Part shown: in pieces, positions 24,981-37,320 of the stretch
Numbering within the stretch: position 1 is the stretch's first letter
How the letters are laid out: each line of letters starts with the position of its first letter
Assembly: GCF_004010195.1 (NCBI RefSeq)
Contig: NC_057749.1
Location: 15,078,583 to 15,142,582, forward strand
Source of the DNA: Chiloscyllium plagiosum
Lineage: Eukaryota
DNA: 64,000 bases
Direction of reading: 5' to 3'
Program-made: the position numbers and the translations under genes
The notes under the pieces: model-generated
The model's database searches: none
Told to the model about the DNA's origin: nothing
The model's input: only the letters and a program-made list of their open reading frames with translations

Positions 24981-25123
24981 TCCCCCTGCGGATTGTGATG
25001 ATCAAGTTGCCGTCGATGACCGTGCATCCTTGCAGGTTCTGGGCCGCGGTGACAGAGTCGATGGTCTTCGTCTTCACTGAGCAGACACTGGGACAGGGGC
25101 CATCACAAGGAGTGCAGTACATG
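24981..25123 (-). CDS. INSRR: Exon 4 equivalent (end of CR, start of L2), 143 bp
   Basis: [47 protein letters not shown]. Acceptor tctttctgcag, donor A|gtaagt. Confidence 0.93.
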
Positions 25124-25367
25124 CTGCAGAAAGAGGACACCGGGTTACCCACTCCCACAACAGCAGCCAAACAGGGTTCGGTCACACCTTGGAGATAGAC
25201 CAGCCCTTTCATTACCAACCTCTGGGAGGACCATCACTTACCACCCATTAAAGGGGGGGAACGGCAGTGTTTAGTTCAAGCTTCTCTTTGGTTGGGAAGA
25301 GTTGGGAGATGGTGGGGAGAGGGGAGTTGGTGAAGGGAAAGAGACAGAAAGGGGTGGAGAGAGGGTC

Positions 25368-28300
25368 AGAGAGAGAGAGGGGATGGAGGGAGGGTCAGAG
25401 AGAGAGAGGGGATGGAGGGAGGGTCAGAGAGAGAGAGGGGATGGAGGGAGGGTCAGAGAGAGAGAGGGGATGGAGGGAGGGTCAGAGAGAGAGAGGGGAT
25501 GGAGGGAGGGTCAGAGAGAGAGAGGGGATGGAGGGAGGGTCAGAGAGAGAGAGGGGATGGAGGGAGGGTCAGAGAGAGAGAGGGGATGGAGGGAGGGTCA
25601 GAGAGAGAGAGGGGATGGAGGGAGGGTCAGAGAGAGAGAGGGGATGGAGGGAGGGTCAGAGAGAGAGAGGGGATGGAGGGAGGGTCAGAGAGAGAGAGGG
25701 GATGGAGGGAGGGTCAGAGAGAGAGAGGGGATGGAGGGAGGGTCAGAGAGAGAGAGGGGATGGAGGGAGGGTCAGAGAGAGAGAGGGGATGGAGGGAGGG
25801 TCAGAGAGAGAGAGGGGATGGAGGGAGGGTCAGAGAGAGAGAGGGGATGGAGGGAGGGTCAGAGAGAGAGAGGGGATGGAGGGAGGGTCAGAGAGAGAGG
25901 GAGGGGATGGAGGGAGGGTCAGAGAGAGAGAGGGGATGGAGGGAGGGTCAGAGAGAGAGGGAGGGGATGGAGGGAGGGTCAGAGAGAGAGAGGGGATGGA
26001 GGGAGGGTCAGAGAGAGAGGGAGGGGATGGAGGGAGGGTCAGAGAGAGAGAGGGGATGGAGGGAGGGTCAGAGAGAGAGGGAGGGGATGGAGGGAGGGTC
26101 AGAGAGAGAGAGGGGATGGAGGGAGGGTCAGAGAGAGAGGGAGGGGATGGAGGGAGGGTCAGAGAGAGAGAGGGGATGGAGGGAGGGTCAGAGAGAGAGG
26201 GAGGGGATGGAGGGAGGGTCAGAGAGAGAGAGGGGATGGAGGGAGGGTCAGAGAGAGAGGGAGGGGATGGAGGGAGGGTCAGAGAGAGAGAGGGGATGGA
26301 GGGAGGGTCAGAGAGAGAGGGAGGGGATGGAGGGAGGGTCAGAGAGAGAGAGGGGATGGAGGGAGGGTCAGAGAGAGAGGGAGGGGATGGAGGGAGGGTC
26401 AGAGAGAGAGAGGGGATGGAGGGAGGGTCAGAGAGAGAGGGAGGGGATGGAGGGAGGGTCAGAGAGAGAGAGGGGATGGAGGGAGGGTCAGAGAGAGAGG
26501 GAGGGGATGGAGGGAGGGTCAGAGAGAGAGAGGGGATGGAGGGAGGGTCAGAGAGAGAGGGAGGGGATGGAGGGAGGGTCAGAGAGAGAGAGGGGATGGA
26601 GGGAGGGTCAGAGAGAGAGGGAGGGGATGGAGGGAGGGTCAGAGAGAGAGAGGGGATGGAGGGAGGGTCAGAGAGAGAGGGAGGGGATGGAGGGAGGGTC
26701 AGAGAGAGAGAGGGGATGGAGGGAGGGTCAGAGAGAGAGGGAGGGGATGGAGGGAGGGTCAGAGAGAGAGAGGGGATGGAGGGAGGGTCAGAGAGAGAGG
26801 GAGGGGATGGAGGGAGGGTCAGAGAGAGAGAGGGGATGGAGGGAGGGTCAGAGAGAGAGGGAGGGGATGGAGGGAGGGTCAGAGAGAGAGAGGGGATGGA
26901 GGGAGGGTCAGAGAGAGAGGGAGGGGATGGAGGGAGGGTCAGAGAGAGAGAGGGGATGGAGGGAGGGTCAGAGAGAGAGGGAGGGGATGGAGGGAGGGTC
27001 AGAGAGAGAGAGGGGATGGAGGGAGGGTCAGAGAGAGAGGGAGGGGATGGAGGGAGGGTCAGAGAGAGAGAGGGGATGGAGGGAGGGTCAGAGAGAGAGG
27101 GAGGGGATGGAGGGAGGGTCAGAGAGAGAGAGGGGATGGAGGGAGGGTCAGAGAGAGAGGGAGGGGATGGAGGGAGGGTCAGAGAGAGAGAGGGGATGGA
27201 GGGAGGGTCAGAGAGAGAGGGAGGGGATGGAGGGAGGGTCAGAGAGAGAGAGGGGATGGAGGGAGGGTCAGAGAGAGAGGGAGGGGATGGAGGGAGGGTC
27301 AGAGAGAGAGAGGGGATGGAGGGAGGGTCAGAGAGAGAGGGAGGGGATGGAGGGAGGGTCAGAGAGAGAGAGGGGATGGAGGGAGGGTCAGAGAGAGAGG
27401 GAGGGGATGGAGGGAGGGTCAGAGAGAGAGAGGGGATGGAGGGAGGGTCAGAGAGAGAGGGAGGGGATGGAGGGAGGGTCAGAGAGAGAGAGGGGATGGA
27501 GGGAGGGTCAGAGAGAGAGGGAGGGGATGGAGGGAGGGTCAGAGAGAGAGAGGGGATGGAGGGAGGGTCAGAGAGAGAGGGAGGGGATGGAGGGAGGGTC
27601 AGAGAGAGAGAGGGGATGGAGGGAGGGTCAGAGAGAGAGGGAGGGGATGGAGGGAGGGTCAGAGAGAGAGAGGGGATGGAGGGAGGGTCAGAGAGAGAGG
27701 GAGGGGATGGAGGGAGGGTCAGAGAGAGAGAGGGGATGGAGGGAGGGTCAGAGAGAGAGGGAGGGGATGGAGGGAGGGTCAGAGAGAGAGAGGGGATGGA
27801 GGGAGGGTCAGAGAGAGAGGGAGGGGATGGAGGGAGGGTCAGAGAGAGAGAGGGGATGGAGGGAGGGTCAGAGAGAGAGGGAGGGGATGGAGGGAGGGTC
27901 AGAGAGAGAGAGGGGATGGAGGGAGGGTCAGAGAGAGAGGGAGGGGATGGAGGGAGGGTCAGAGAGAGAGAGGGGATGGAGGGAGGGTCAGAGAGAGAGG
28001 GAGGGGATGGAGGGAGGGTCAGAGAGAGAGAGGGGATGGAGGGAGGGTCAGAGAGAGAGGGAGGGGATGGAGGGAGGGTCAGAGAGAGAGAGGGGATGGA
28101 GGGAGGGTCAGAGAGAGAGGGAGGGGATGGAGGGAGGGTCAGAGAGAGAGAGGGGATGGAGGGAGGGTCAGAGAGAGAGGGAGGGGATGGAGGGAGGGTC
28201 AGAGAGAGAGAGGGGATGGAGGGAGGGTCAGAGAGAGAGGGAGGGGATGGAGGGAGGGTCAGAGAGAGAGAGGGGATGGAGGGAGGGTCAGAGAGAGAGG

Positions 28301-31300
28301 GAGGGGATGGAGGGAGGGTCAGAGAGAGAGAGGGGATGGAGGGAGGGTCAGAGAGAGAGGGAGGGGATGGAGGGAGGGTCAGAGAGAGAGAGGGGATGGA
28401 GGGAGGGTCAGAGAGAGAGGGAGGGGATGGAGGGAGGGTCAGAGAGAGAGAGGGGATGGAGGGAGGGTCAGAGAGAGAGGGAGGGGATGGAGGGAGGGTC
28501 AGAGAGAGAGAGGGGATGGAGGGAGGGTCAGAGAGAGAGGGAGGGGATGGAGGGAGGGTCAGAGAGAGAGAGGGGATGGAGGGAGGGTCAGAGAGAGAGG
28601 GAGGGGATGGAGGGAGGGTCAGAGAGAGAGAGGGGATGGAGGGAGGGTCAGAGAGAGAGGGAGGGGATGGAGGGAGGGTCAGAGAGAGAGAGGGGATGGA
28701 GGGAGGGTCAGAGAGAGAGGGAGGGGATGGAGGGAGGGTCAGAGAGAGAGAGGGGATGGAGGGAGGGTCAGAGAGAGAGGGAGGGGATGGAGGGAGGGTC
28801 AGAGAGAGAGAGGGGATGGAGGGAGGGTCAGAGAGAGAGGGAGGGGATGGAGGGAGGGTCAGAGAGAGAGAGGGGATGGAGGGAGGGTCAGAGAGAGAGG
28901 GAGGGGATGGAGGGAGGGTCAGAGAGAGAGAGGGGATGGAGGGAGGGTCAGAGAGAGAGGGAGGGGATGGAGGGAGGGTCAGAGAGAGAGAGGGGATGGA
29001 GGGAGGGTCAGAGAGAGAGGGAGGGGATGGAGGGAGGGTCAGAGAGAGAGAGGGGATGGAGGGAGGGTCAGAGAGAGAGGGAGGGGATGGAGGGAGGGTC
29101 AGAGAGAGAGAGGGGATGGAGGGAGGGTCAGAGAGAGAGGGAGGGGATGGAGGGAGGGTCAGAGAGAGAGAGGGGATGGAGGGAGGGTCAGAGAGAGAGG
29201 GAGGGGATGGAGGGAGGGTCAGAGAGAGAGAGGGGATGGAGGGAGGGTCAGAGAGAGAGGGAGGGGATGGAGGGAGGGTCAGAGAGAGAGAGGGGATGGA
29301 GGGAGGGTCAGAGAGAGAGGGAGGGGATGGAGGGAGGGTCAGAGAGAGAGAGGGGATGGAGGGAGGGTCAGAGAGAGAGGGAGGGGATGGAGGGAGGGTC
29401 AGAGAGAGAGAGGGGATGGAGGGAGGGTCAGAGAGAGAGGGAGGGGATGGAGGGAGGGTCAGAGAGAGAGAGGGGATGGAGGGAGGGTCAGAGAGAGAGG
29501 GAGGGGATGGAGGGAGGGTCAGAGAGAGAGAGGGGATGGAGGGAGGGTCAGAGAGAGAGGGAGGGGATGGAGGGAGGGTCAGAGAGAGAGAGGGGATGGA
29601 GGGAGGGTCAGAGAGAGAGGGAGGGGATGGAGGGAGGGTCAGAGAGAGAGAGGGGATGGAGGGAGGGTCAGAGAGAGAGGGAGGGGATGGAGGGAGGGTC
29701 AGAGAGAGAGAGGGGATGGAGGGAGGGTCAGAGAGAGAGGGAGGGGATGGAGGGAGGGTCAGAGAGAGAGAGGGGATGGAGGGAGGGTCAGAGAGAGAGG
29801 GAGGGGATGGAGGGAGGGTCAGAGAGAGAGAGGGGATGGAGGGAGGGTCAGAGAGAGAGGGAGGGGATGGAGGGAGGGTCAGAGAGAGAGAGGGGATGGA
29901 GGGAGGGTCAGAGAGAGAGGGAGGGGATGGAGGGAGGGTCAGAGAGAGAGAGGGGATGGAGGGAGGGTCAGAGAGAGAGGGAGGGGATGGAGGGAGGGTC
30001 AGAGAGAGAGAGGGGATGGAGGGAGGGTCAGAGAGAGAGGGAGGGGATGGAGGGAGGGTCAGAGAGAGAGAGGGGATGGAGGGAGGGTCAGAGAGAGAGG
30101 GAGGGGATGGAGGGAGGGTCAGAGAGAGAGAGGGGATGGAGGGAGGGTCAGAGAGAGAGGGAGGGGATGGAGGGAGGGTCAGAGAGAGAGAGGGGATGGA
30201 GGGAGGGTCAGAGAGAGAGGGAGGGGATGGAGGGAGGGTCAGAGAGAGAGAGGGGATGGAGGGAGGGTCAGAGAGAGAGGGAGGGGATGGAGGGAGGGTC
30301 AGAGAGAGAGAGGGGATGGAGGGAGGGTCAGAGAGAGAGGGAGGGGATGGAGGGAGGGTCAGAGAGAGAGAGGGGATGGAGGGAGGGTCAGAGAGAGAGG
30401 GAGGGGATGGAGGGAGGGTCAGAGAGAGAGAGGGGATGGAGGGAGGGTCAGAGAGAGAGGGAGGGGATGGAGGGAGGGTCAGAGAGAGAGAGGGGATGGA
30501 GGGAGGGTCAGAGAGAGAGGGAGGGGATGGAGGGAGGGTCAGAGAGAGAGAGGGGATGGAGGGAGGGTCAGAGAGAGAGGGAGGGGATGGAGGGAGGGTC
30601 AGAGAGAGAGAGGGGATGGAGGGAGGGTCAGAGAGAGAGGGAGGGGATGGAGGGAGGGTCAGAGAGAGAGAGGGGATGGAGGGAGGGTCAGAGAGAGAGG
30701 GAGGGGATGGAGGGAGGGTCAGAGAGAGAGAGGGGATGGAGGGAGGGTCAGAGAGAGAGGGAGGGGATGGAGGGAGGGTCAGAGAGAGAGAGGGGATGGA
30801 GGGAGGGTCAGAGAGAGAGGGAGGGGATGGAGGGAGGGTCAGAGAGAGAGAGGGGATGGAGGGAGGGTCAGAGAGAGAGGGAGGGGATGGAGGGAGGGTC
30901 AGAGAGAGAGAGGGGATGGAGGGAGGGTCAGAGAGAGAGGGAGGGGATGGAGGGAGGGTCAGAGAGAGAGAGGGGATGGAGGGAGGGTCAGAGAGAGAGG
31001 GAGGGGATGGAGGGAGGGTCAGAGAGAGAGAGGGGATGGAGGGAGGGTCAGAGAGAGAGGGAGGGGATGGAGGGAGGGTCAGAGAGAGAGAGGGGATGGA
31101 GGGAGGGTCAGAGAGAGAGGGAGGGGATGGAGGGAGGGTCAGAGAGAGAGAGGGGATGGAGGGAGGGTCAGAGAGAGAGGGAGGGGATGGAGGGAGGGTC
31201 AGAGAGAGAGAGGGGATGGAGGGAGGGTCAGAGAGAGAGGGAGGGGATGGAGGGAGGGTCAGAGAGAGAGAGGGGATGGAGGGAGGGTCAGAGAGAGAGG

Positions 31301-31712
31301 GAGGGGATGGAGGGAGGGTCAGAGAGAGAGAGGGGATGGAGGGAGGGTCAGAGAGAGAGGGAGGGGATGGAGGGAGGGTCAGAGAGAGAGAGGGGATGGA
31401 GGGAGGGTCAGAGAGAGAGGGAGGGGATGGAGGGAGGGTCAGAGAGAGAGAGGGGATGGAGGGAGGGTCAGAGAGAGAGGGAGGGGATGGAGGGAGGGTC
31501 AGAGAGAGAGAGGGGATGGAGGGAGGGTCAGAGAGAGAGGGAGGGGATGGAGGGAGGGTCAGAGAGAGAGAGGGGATGGAGGGAGGGTCAGAGAGAGAGG
31601 GAGGGGATGGAGGGAGGGTCAGAGAGAGAGAGGGGATGGAGGGAGGGTCAGAGAGAGAGGGAGGGGATGGAGGGAGGGTCAGAGAGAGAGAGGGGATGGA
31701 GGGAGGGTCAGA
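25368..31712. repeat. Purine-rich satellite: about 17 x 29-bp monomers, then 97 perfect 60-bp (29+31) dimers
   Basis: Monomer agagagagagaggggatggagggagggtc; lines 25861-31680 are identical with period 60. Confidence 0.98.
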
Positions 31713-32777
31713 GAATGAGTATGAAACAGATAGTGAGAGAGAGGACAGCAGGGCAGAGAGAGAGAGAGAGAATGGGAGAGTGATAGAAAGGGGAGTGCAA
31801 AATCATGGGAGAAGAAATCTCAGAGAGATGGGACTTCCCAGGATCTGAGGGAGTATGGGAAAGAGGCAAAACATAGAGGCAGGTAAATTGCTGATGATTA
31901 ATGGAAAGGGGATTGGTGTAATTGCAGAGAAGTGACTTGGGGAGTAGACATTGTTGGCTTAATTTTAAAAGCTGACACCACCATGAAGTTATGTAGACAC
32001 TGCCTGAAGTGCTGATCCTATGGGTCTATTGTTTTTGCACTGATCTGAGGTGAGAACCTATTGTTTAAATAGATCCAAATCAGACAATTCCTGTCTTGCC
32101 CTCAAGCAGATCACCAGGAAGGTGACAGCAACATCAATCACATGACATAAACGTCTCGGCAAACTGATGCAACTCCAAGGTTCAAATCAAATTTACAAAT
32201 GTCACCCAACATAGAGCTAAAGTCCCCTCGGAATAACTAAACTTACTCAAATCAAATTCCTTGCCACAGTATAATTACCAACGGTTCACCTAATAACTAG
32301 CAACCAAAACAAAACAAAACATGTGCTTTGTGTTAGAATCACATTGTCATCATTCTCTGGGAACCAGACAAACAGAGAGAAAGAAATATCTCGGGATCTC
32401 GGCTGGGCAGGGGGTAATGAAGGCAAAGGGTTAGAAACAGGAACAGAGAGAGGCCATTCAACCATTTCAGCACGTTCCAGTCGTCAGGTCCATAGCCTGC
32501 TCTATAATTCAATACAGGTTAGAGACAAAAAAAACTGCAGATGTGGAATCCAAAGCCCGTCTACCGTAACTCAGTCTACACAGTTTTCCAGAACACACAC
32601 TCATCTTAAAAATCTCAAATTCAAACCATGAACATTGTAATCAACTCCTCAACCTCTGGAGGTAATGGGTCTTAAAGTGCTTGTGAGAGAGAAGAATTTT
32701 GAGTAAGGTTTCGCATTTCTAACCTTTGCCACTTCTGATCAAAGATTGTCAGTTTGAAACATTAATTCTGTTTCAGT

Positions 32778-33020
32778 AATTAGCACTGCTGCCTTACGGG
32801 CAACTGTCTGTGTGGAGTTTGCACATTCTCCCAGTGTCTGCGCGAGTTTCCTCCGGGTGCTCCGGTTTCCTCCCACAGTCCAAAGATGTGCAGGTTAGGG
32901 TGGATCAGCCATGGGAAATTGGTTGCAGTGTCTAGGGATGCACAGGTCAAGGGGTTAAGGGAATTGGGTGGGTGTTGGGTCTGGGTGGGATGCTCTTCGG
33001 AGGGTCAGGGCAGACTTAAT
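32778..33020 (+). mobile_element. HE1-type SINE, partially deleted
   Basis: ttagcactgctgcc...gtgtggagtttgcacattctcccagtgtctgcg...ccaaagatgtgcaggttagg. Confidence 0.85.
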
Positions 33021-33417
33021 GGGGGGCCGTGCCAACAACACCCATGTACAGATCTAAAGCAAGATGGATGCTTGCTTTTCAGCCCTGACACTGTCTCTGT
33101 CGTTAGTTATGCTGCTTTTGTGCAAAAATAGCTTAAATGTCATCGAAACTCATCAACATGTAATTGACTTTCTCCAATCCACATATCAGCCTCAGCTGAG
33201 CAGAGAGCAGCACACCTCTCGGTCACAAGGTTTATCCCAGGTAACAGTAAGCAAATTGATTCAGGCTGAGATTTCTGTGCAGGGCCTAAGGGAATGCTGG
33301 AGATGTCCAGCTAATGAAGGAGACAGCTAGCCCCCACACCTATTTTACCTATTTACACCTATTTAAAATCTCTATCACTCCTTTAATATCATAGAGCACC
33401 TTTCTATGTTGGCTACC

Positions 33418-33565
33418 TAGTCAGGTGGATGTGAAAATAAAAAATTCCCACCATGCGGTTTTCAAAGAACGGCAAAGAAATCTCCCAGAGCCTCACCCAA
33501 CACTTATCCCTCAGTGATTAACTGGCCCTTCTTTTCATTGCTGGTGGGATCATTCTGTGCACTAA
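33418..33565 (+). mobile_element. DeuSINE-like core fragment
   Basis: tcaggtggatgtgaaa...cacttatccctca...cattgctggtgggatc resembles the Deu domain. Confidence 0.45.
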
Positions 33566-34093
33566 GCCCTTCCAACGTTTATCAATGTAAGACTGACCAT
33601 ATTGCTGGGAAAAAAAAAGACAGGCTCCTTTATGCTTCGAGAAGCAACCTTCTGTGGGCAAAACAAACATATCCAGGAATTGCATTTATTTTCCAAATTA
33701 AAGACAATAGCTCCCTGGTGCATTCTCCATGGTAATGCTTCAACCAATCAATCAGCACCCTTTTATCATGTGGTATAAACTGTCGCACCCTTTGGAAATT
33801 TGGCATTCACATATATGTCCTGACAACTGCAAGCCAAAAATCTTCGACGGCTTGTCTCTTTATTCCAGCAATACTCACGTTCTGTATGACCGAGCAACTC
33901 CGACAACCAACAAATTGGCAGTGGGATGCTTCAGGACATCCTCAAAAACAGATGTTCACTCCATTTTAATTGCCAGAGGAATTATTAAACTAAACTCAAC
34001 GCACTCCCAACACCAGTGAAAGCCAGGATGGGAGAATGGAGAGCAGCAGGAAAGTTCTGACATTAAAAACAAGAGCAAGACACTTTCTCCAAC

Positions 34094-34397
34094 CTGCTGC
34101 CATTGCGGATGTAGCCTGCTGGACATTCGAGGATACACTCTCCTTGGTGGAGGACAAACGGTTCCTTGGGACTGTTGCCTTGGAGCTTGGAGCAGAAATC
34201 CTTGGTCACACACCGCCATCCGCCATATTTGTAAGTGCCTGGCGGGCAGTTGGGCAGGCACTGGCCCTCGTGGTAGTAGTTCTGACATGCCATGCAGGCC
34301 CTGTTACTGTTCAGGGCGGTGCAACCCCCCAGACACTCCTCATGGCAGCACCCATCCTTGTTGTTACAAGCTCGCTTTCCACAGGACTTTGGGCACA
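34094..34397 (-). CDS. INSRR: Insulin-receptor-family RTK (INSRR-like/IGF1R-like), exon 3 equivalent: cysteine-rich (furin-like) domain, 304 bp
   Basis: Translates VCPKSCGKRACNNKDGCCHEECLGGC...CPPGTYKYGGWRCVT...HQGECILECPAGYIRNGS(S). Acceptor ttgtgttttgcag, donor AG|gttgga. Phase 1 to 2 joins exon 4 in frame. Family call is secure; the paralog call is an inference. Confidence 0.9.
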
Positions 34398-35398
34398 CTG
34401 CAAAACACAAACATAAATAATACTGAGATGGTTAGGCGACACTGACTGCAATTCAGAGAGATCAGGGGGAGAAGGTCTCACAGAAACTTATCAGACCCAA
34501 CATTCACTTTGTACACCACTTGTACACAGACACCATGTTGTGTGCCATCCAAATTCACTGCAACAACTCACCCAGACTCCCACATCTGCATCACGTGATC
34601 TCGCCAACGCTATCCTGGTCCTGAGGGCAAGGGGTTTGGGAACGCCACCCCATGCAAGCTCCCCTCCAACCCACTCGCCATCCGGACTTGGAAATATATC
34701 TTTGCTCCTTGACTGTCGCTGGGACAGAATCCTGGAATTCCCTTCCTAACAGCACTGAGGACAAAGACTGTAGCTCCTCAAAAGGAGATTAGGAATGGAC
34801 ACAAATTTCTGGCATTATCAGCGAAGTCTCTGACCCAAAAGCGAAAGGAAAAGCAGTAGGGTTAGCAGACAAGCTGAAAGCGAGATGGATGTTTGCTCAA
34901 CAGGTCACGGGGCACTGTGGGCTCTGTGCGCCTGTATTTGGACATGCAACCCTCTGGTGAGGCAGATCCAGTGATGTTATCCCAACATCTCCTCTCCCCT
35001 CATCAGCCAGAACCTCAGTTTGAAAGCTGCTAGGAAAGAAAGGCTTGGGGGAAATAAAGTCGAGCTTTGTTTCCCTGTAAGCGATTCTACAACGTTCCAA
35101 CACTTGTCAATCTAAAGCAGCACTGAAGTTGAAATTAAGTTTGCCATGCACTGCGTTTTATACAGTATGTACAGTTCTTCAAGTATGCAATTTAGTTAAA
35201 TGAAAGCATAATTGCAGGGAGTGAATAAACACAGTCGTACACTCTGGGACACACTGTACCTTGTCCTGCACCTGTGACACCCTGTAACTACGCGATAAAA
35301 ATCTGACTGTTTCCATGACACCCTGGGAGCACCGAGAATTGAATCATTCCATGCTTTTGGGCAAAACCTGAGGAGGCAGGTTCTTTCTCATCATATGG

Positions 35399-35706
35399 GA
35401 TGGCACGGTGGCTCAGTGGTTAGCACTGCTGCCTCACAGTACCAGGGTCCAAGGTTCAGTTCCAGACTCGGGCATCTGTCCATATGGAGTTTGCACATTC
35501 TCCCGTGTGTGCGTGAGTTTCCTCCTGGTGCTCCCGTTTCCTCTCACAGTCTAAAGATGTGCAGGTCAGGTGAATTGGCCATACTAAATTGCCCACAGTG
35601 TTAGGTGCATTAGTCAGAGGGGAATGAATCTGCGTGGGTTATTCTTTGGAGGGTCGGTGTGGACTGGTTGGGCTGAAGGGCCTATTTCCACACTGTAGGG
35701 AGTCTA
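35399..35706 (+). mobile_element. HE1-type SINE, near full length
   Basis: ggcacggtggctcagtggttagcactgctgcctcacag head; tail ccacactgtagggagtcta. Confidence 0.9.
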
Positions 35707-35909
35707 AAAAAAAATCTTTCCTGTCCACCACCAACCATCACAATCCTCAGAGTTGGCATTTTTTTGGGAAGGCAGTTCTATACCATCAGCAATCCTTCTA
35801 TAGCAAAATCGGAACAGGAAGAGGCAGTTCAGAATTTATACTAAACAACAACAAGGGCATTGATTGATAGATAAGTGGACTTTGATTGGCCAGAGTGTTG
35901 ACATAGACC

Positions 35910-36075
35910 ATAGTCATACAGCATAGAAACAGACCCTTCAGCCTAACCAGTTCACGCTGACCCTAATCCCAAACTAAACTAGTCCCACCTGCCTGGTCCT
36001 GGCCCATATACCTCCTATTCATGAACTTATCCAAATGTCTTTTAAACGTTGTAACTGTACCTGCACCACCACTTC
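35910..36075 (-). mobile_element. HER1/CR1 3' end
   Basis: catacagcatagaaacagacccttc...ccaaatgtcttttaaacgttgtaactgtacc. Confidence 0.8.
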
Positions 36076-37095
36076 TGAGGGGTCTCCTACTTAAAGTGGG
36101 AAGAAGGAGGAATTTCTCTTCCCTGGTGAGCAGTGGAGGCTGAGTTGATGAATACAAGTTGAACAGAATTTGGATCTGCGGGAGACAGAGTTTGGATGGT
36201 AGCGAAAGAGCTGAATTAAGATTAAAATCAGATCAGCCATCATTACAGAGAACGAGTCAGTCACAATGTCTTGCCCGCTAATCCTGGGGTCACCGTGCCC
36301 TGACAAATTTGGCCTCTTCAATAATCTTACTTACACTCCCTCACTCGAATTCCTGCCATGCCTTCAGCCACCTGTACCCTATGTTTAATGATCTTTCTCT
36401 ATCTCTCCCTCTTTCCTTAAGATCACCTTAAAACGGAAGGTTTTTAGTCATTTGTTCCAGCGCTAGTTTGCAGTTGTATGAACTATGAGCCAAGTGAAGA
36501 GTTTATTTAGTTTACACACAGACTGCCAGTTTTCTTCCGATAAATCAAGGAATTCCAACAAGTTCCAAGCAACTACGAACTAATTTTATCATCTTCTACT
36601 GCACCTCCCCCCTCACAATAACAAATCAGCTATAAATGACTAGCTAAATAAAAGTGAACATTTATCAGTGTTGGCACCAATAAATCATCTGCTAATTTCA
36701 CAGTAACAAGCATGATTAACAAAGCAATTTAGCAAGTGTTGCTGAGTACATTACCGATCAAGACCGCAAGGGGAATTCAACCACAAGCCTCCCCAGGGAG
36801 GCACTAGAATGATACTTGTCTAGTTTCAGATCCTAGTCAGGTATGACACATTAGAGTGACAGGACTCAGTAGGACATGGGACTTTATTTTGCATTTTGTA
36901 TCTTGATATGGTTGAACACCTTTGATTGTTTGCCTTCATCATCCCACACCAGTGAGCACACGCAAAGCCCCAAAACAAAACATTGCTTGCTCAAGGTGAA
37001 TTCTGTGATAAGATTGTCCTGCAAGTGCTGTCCAGAATGATCCAATTTTAAAAAACACATTTAAGATGATCCATTGCACTTACTGTGCAGCTATT

Positions 37096-37320
37096 TAGAG
37101 TCATTGAGATGTACAGACAGAAACAGACCCTTTGGTCCACCTCATCCATGCCGACCCAATATCCTAAATTAATCTAGTCCCATTTTCCAGCATTTGCACT
37201 ATATCCCTCTGAACCAGTCTTATTCATATATCCATCCAGATGCCTTTTAAATGTTGTAATTGTACCAGCCTCCACCACTTCCTCTGACAGCTCATTCCAT
37301 ACACATACCACCCTGTGTGA
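37096..37320 (-). mobile_element. HER1/CR1 3' end
   Basis: agagtcattgagatgtacagacagaaacagaccc... matches the other copies. Confidence 0.85.

Noticed and set aside
25267..31848. Three ORFs of more than 2100 aa on the plus strand
   Set aside because: All three frames are open only because the satellite has no stop codons. The sequence is low complexity and antisense within an intron.
35399..35470. tRNA genes (this and similar heads at 13238, 40045, 52940 and 63781)
   Set aside because: The A/B-box heads run directly into SINE cores and LINE-derived tails, so they are SINEs and not tRNA genes.
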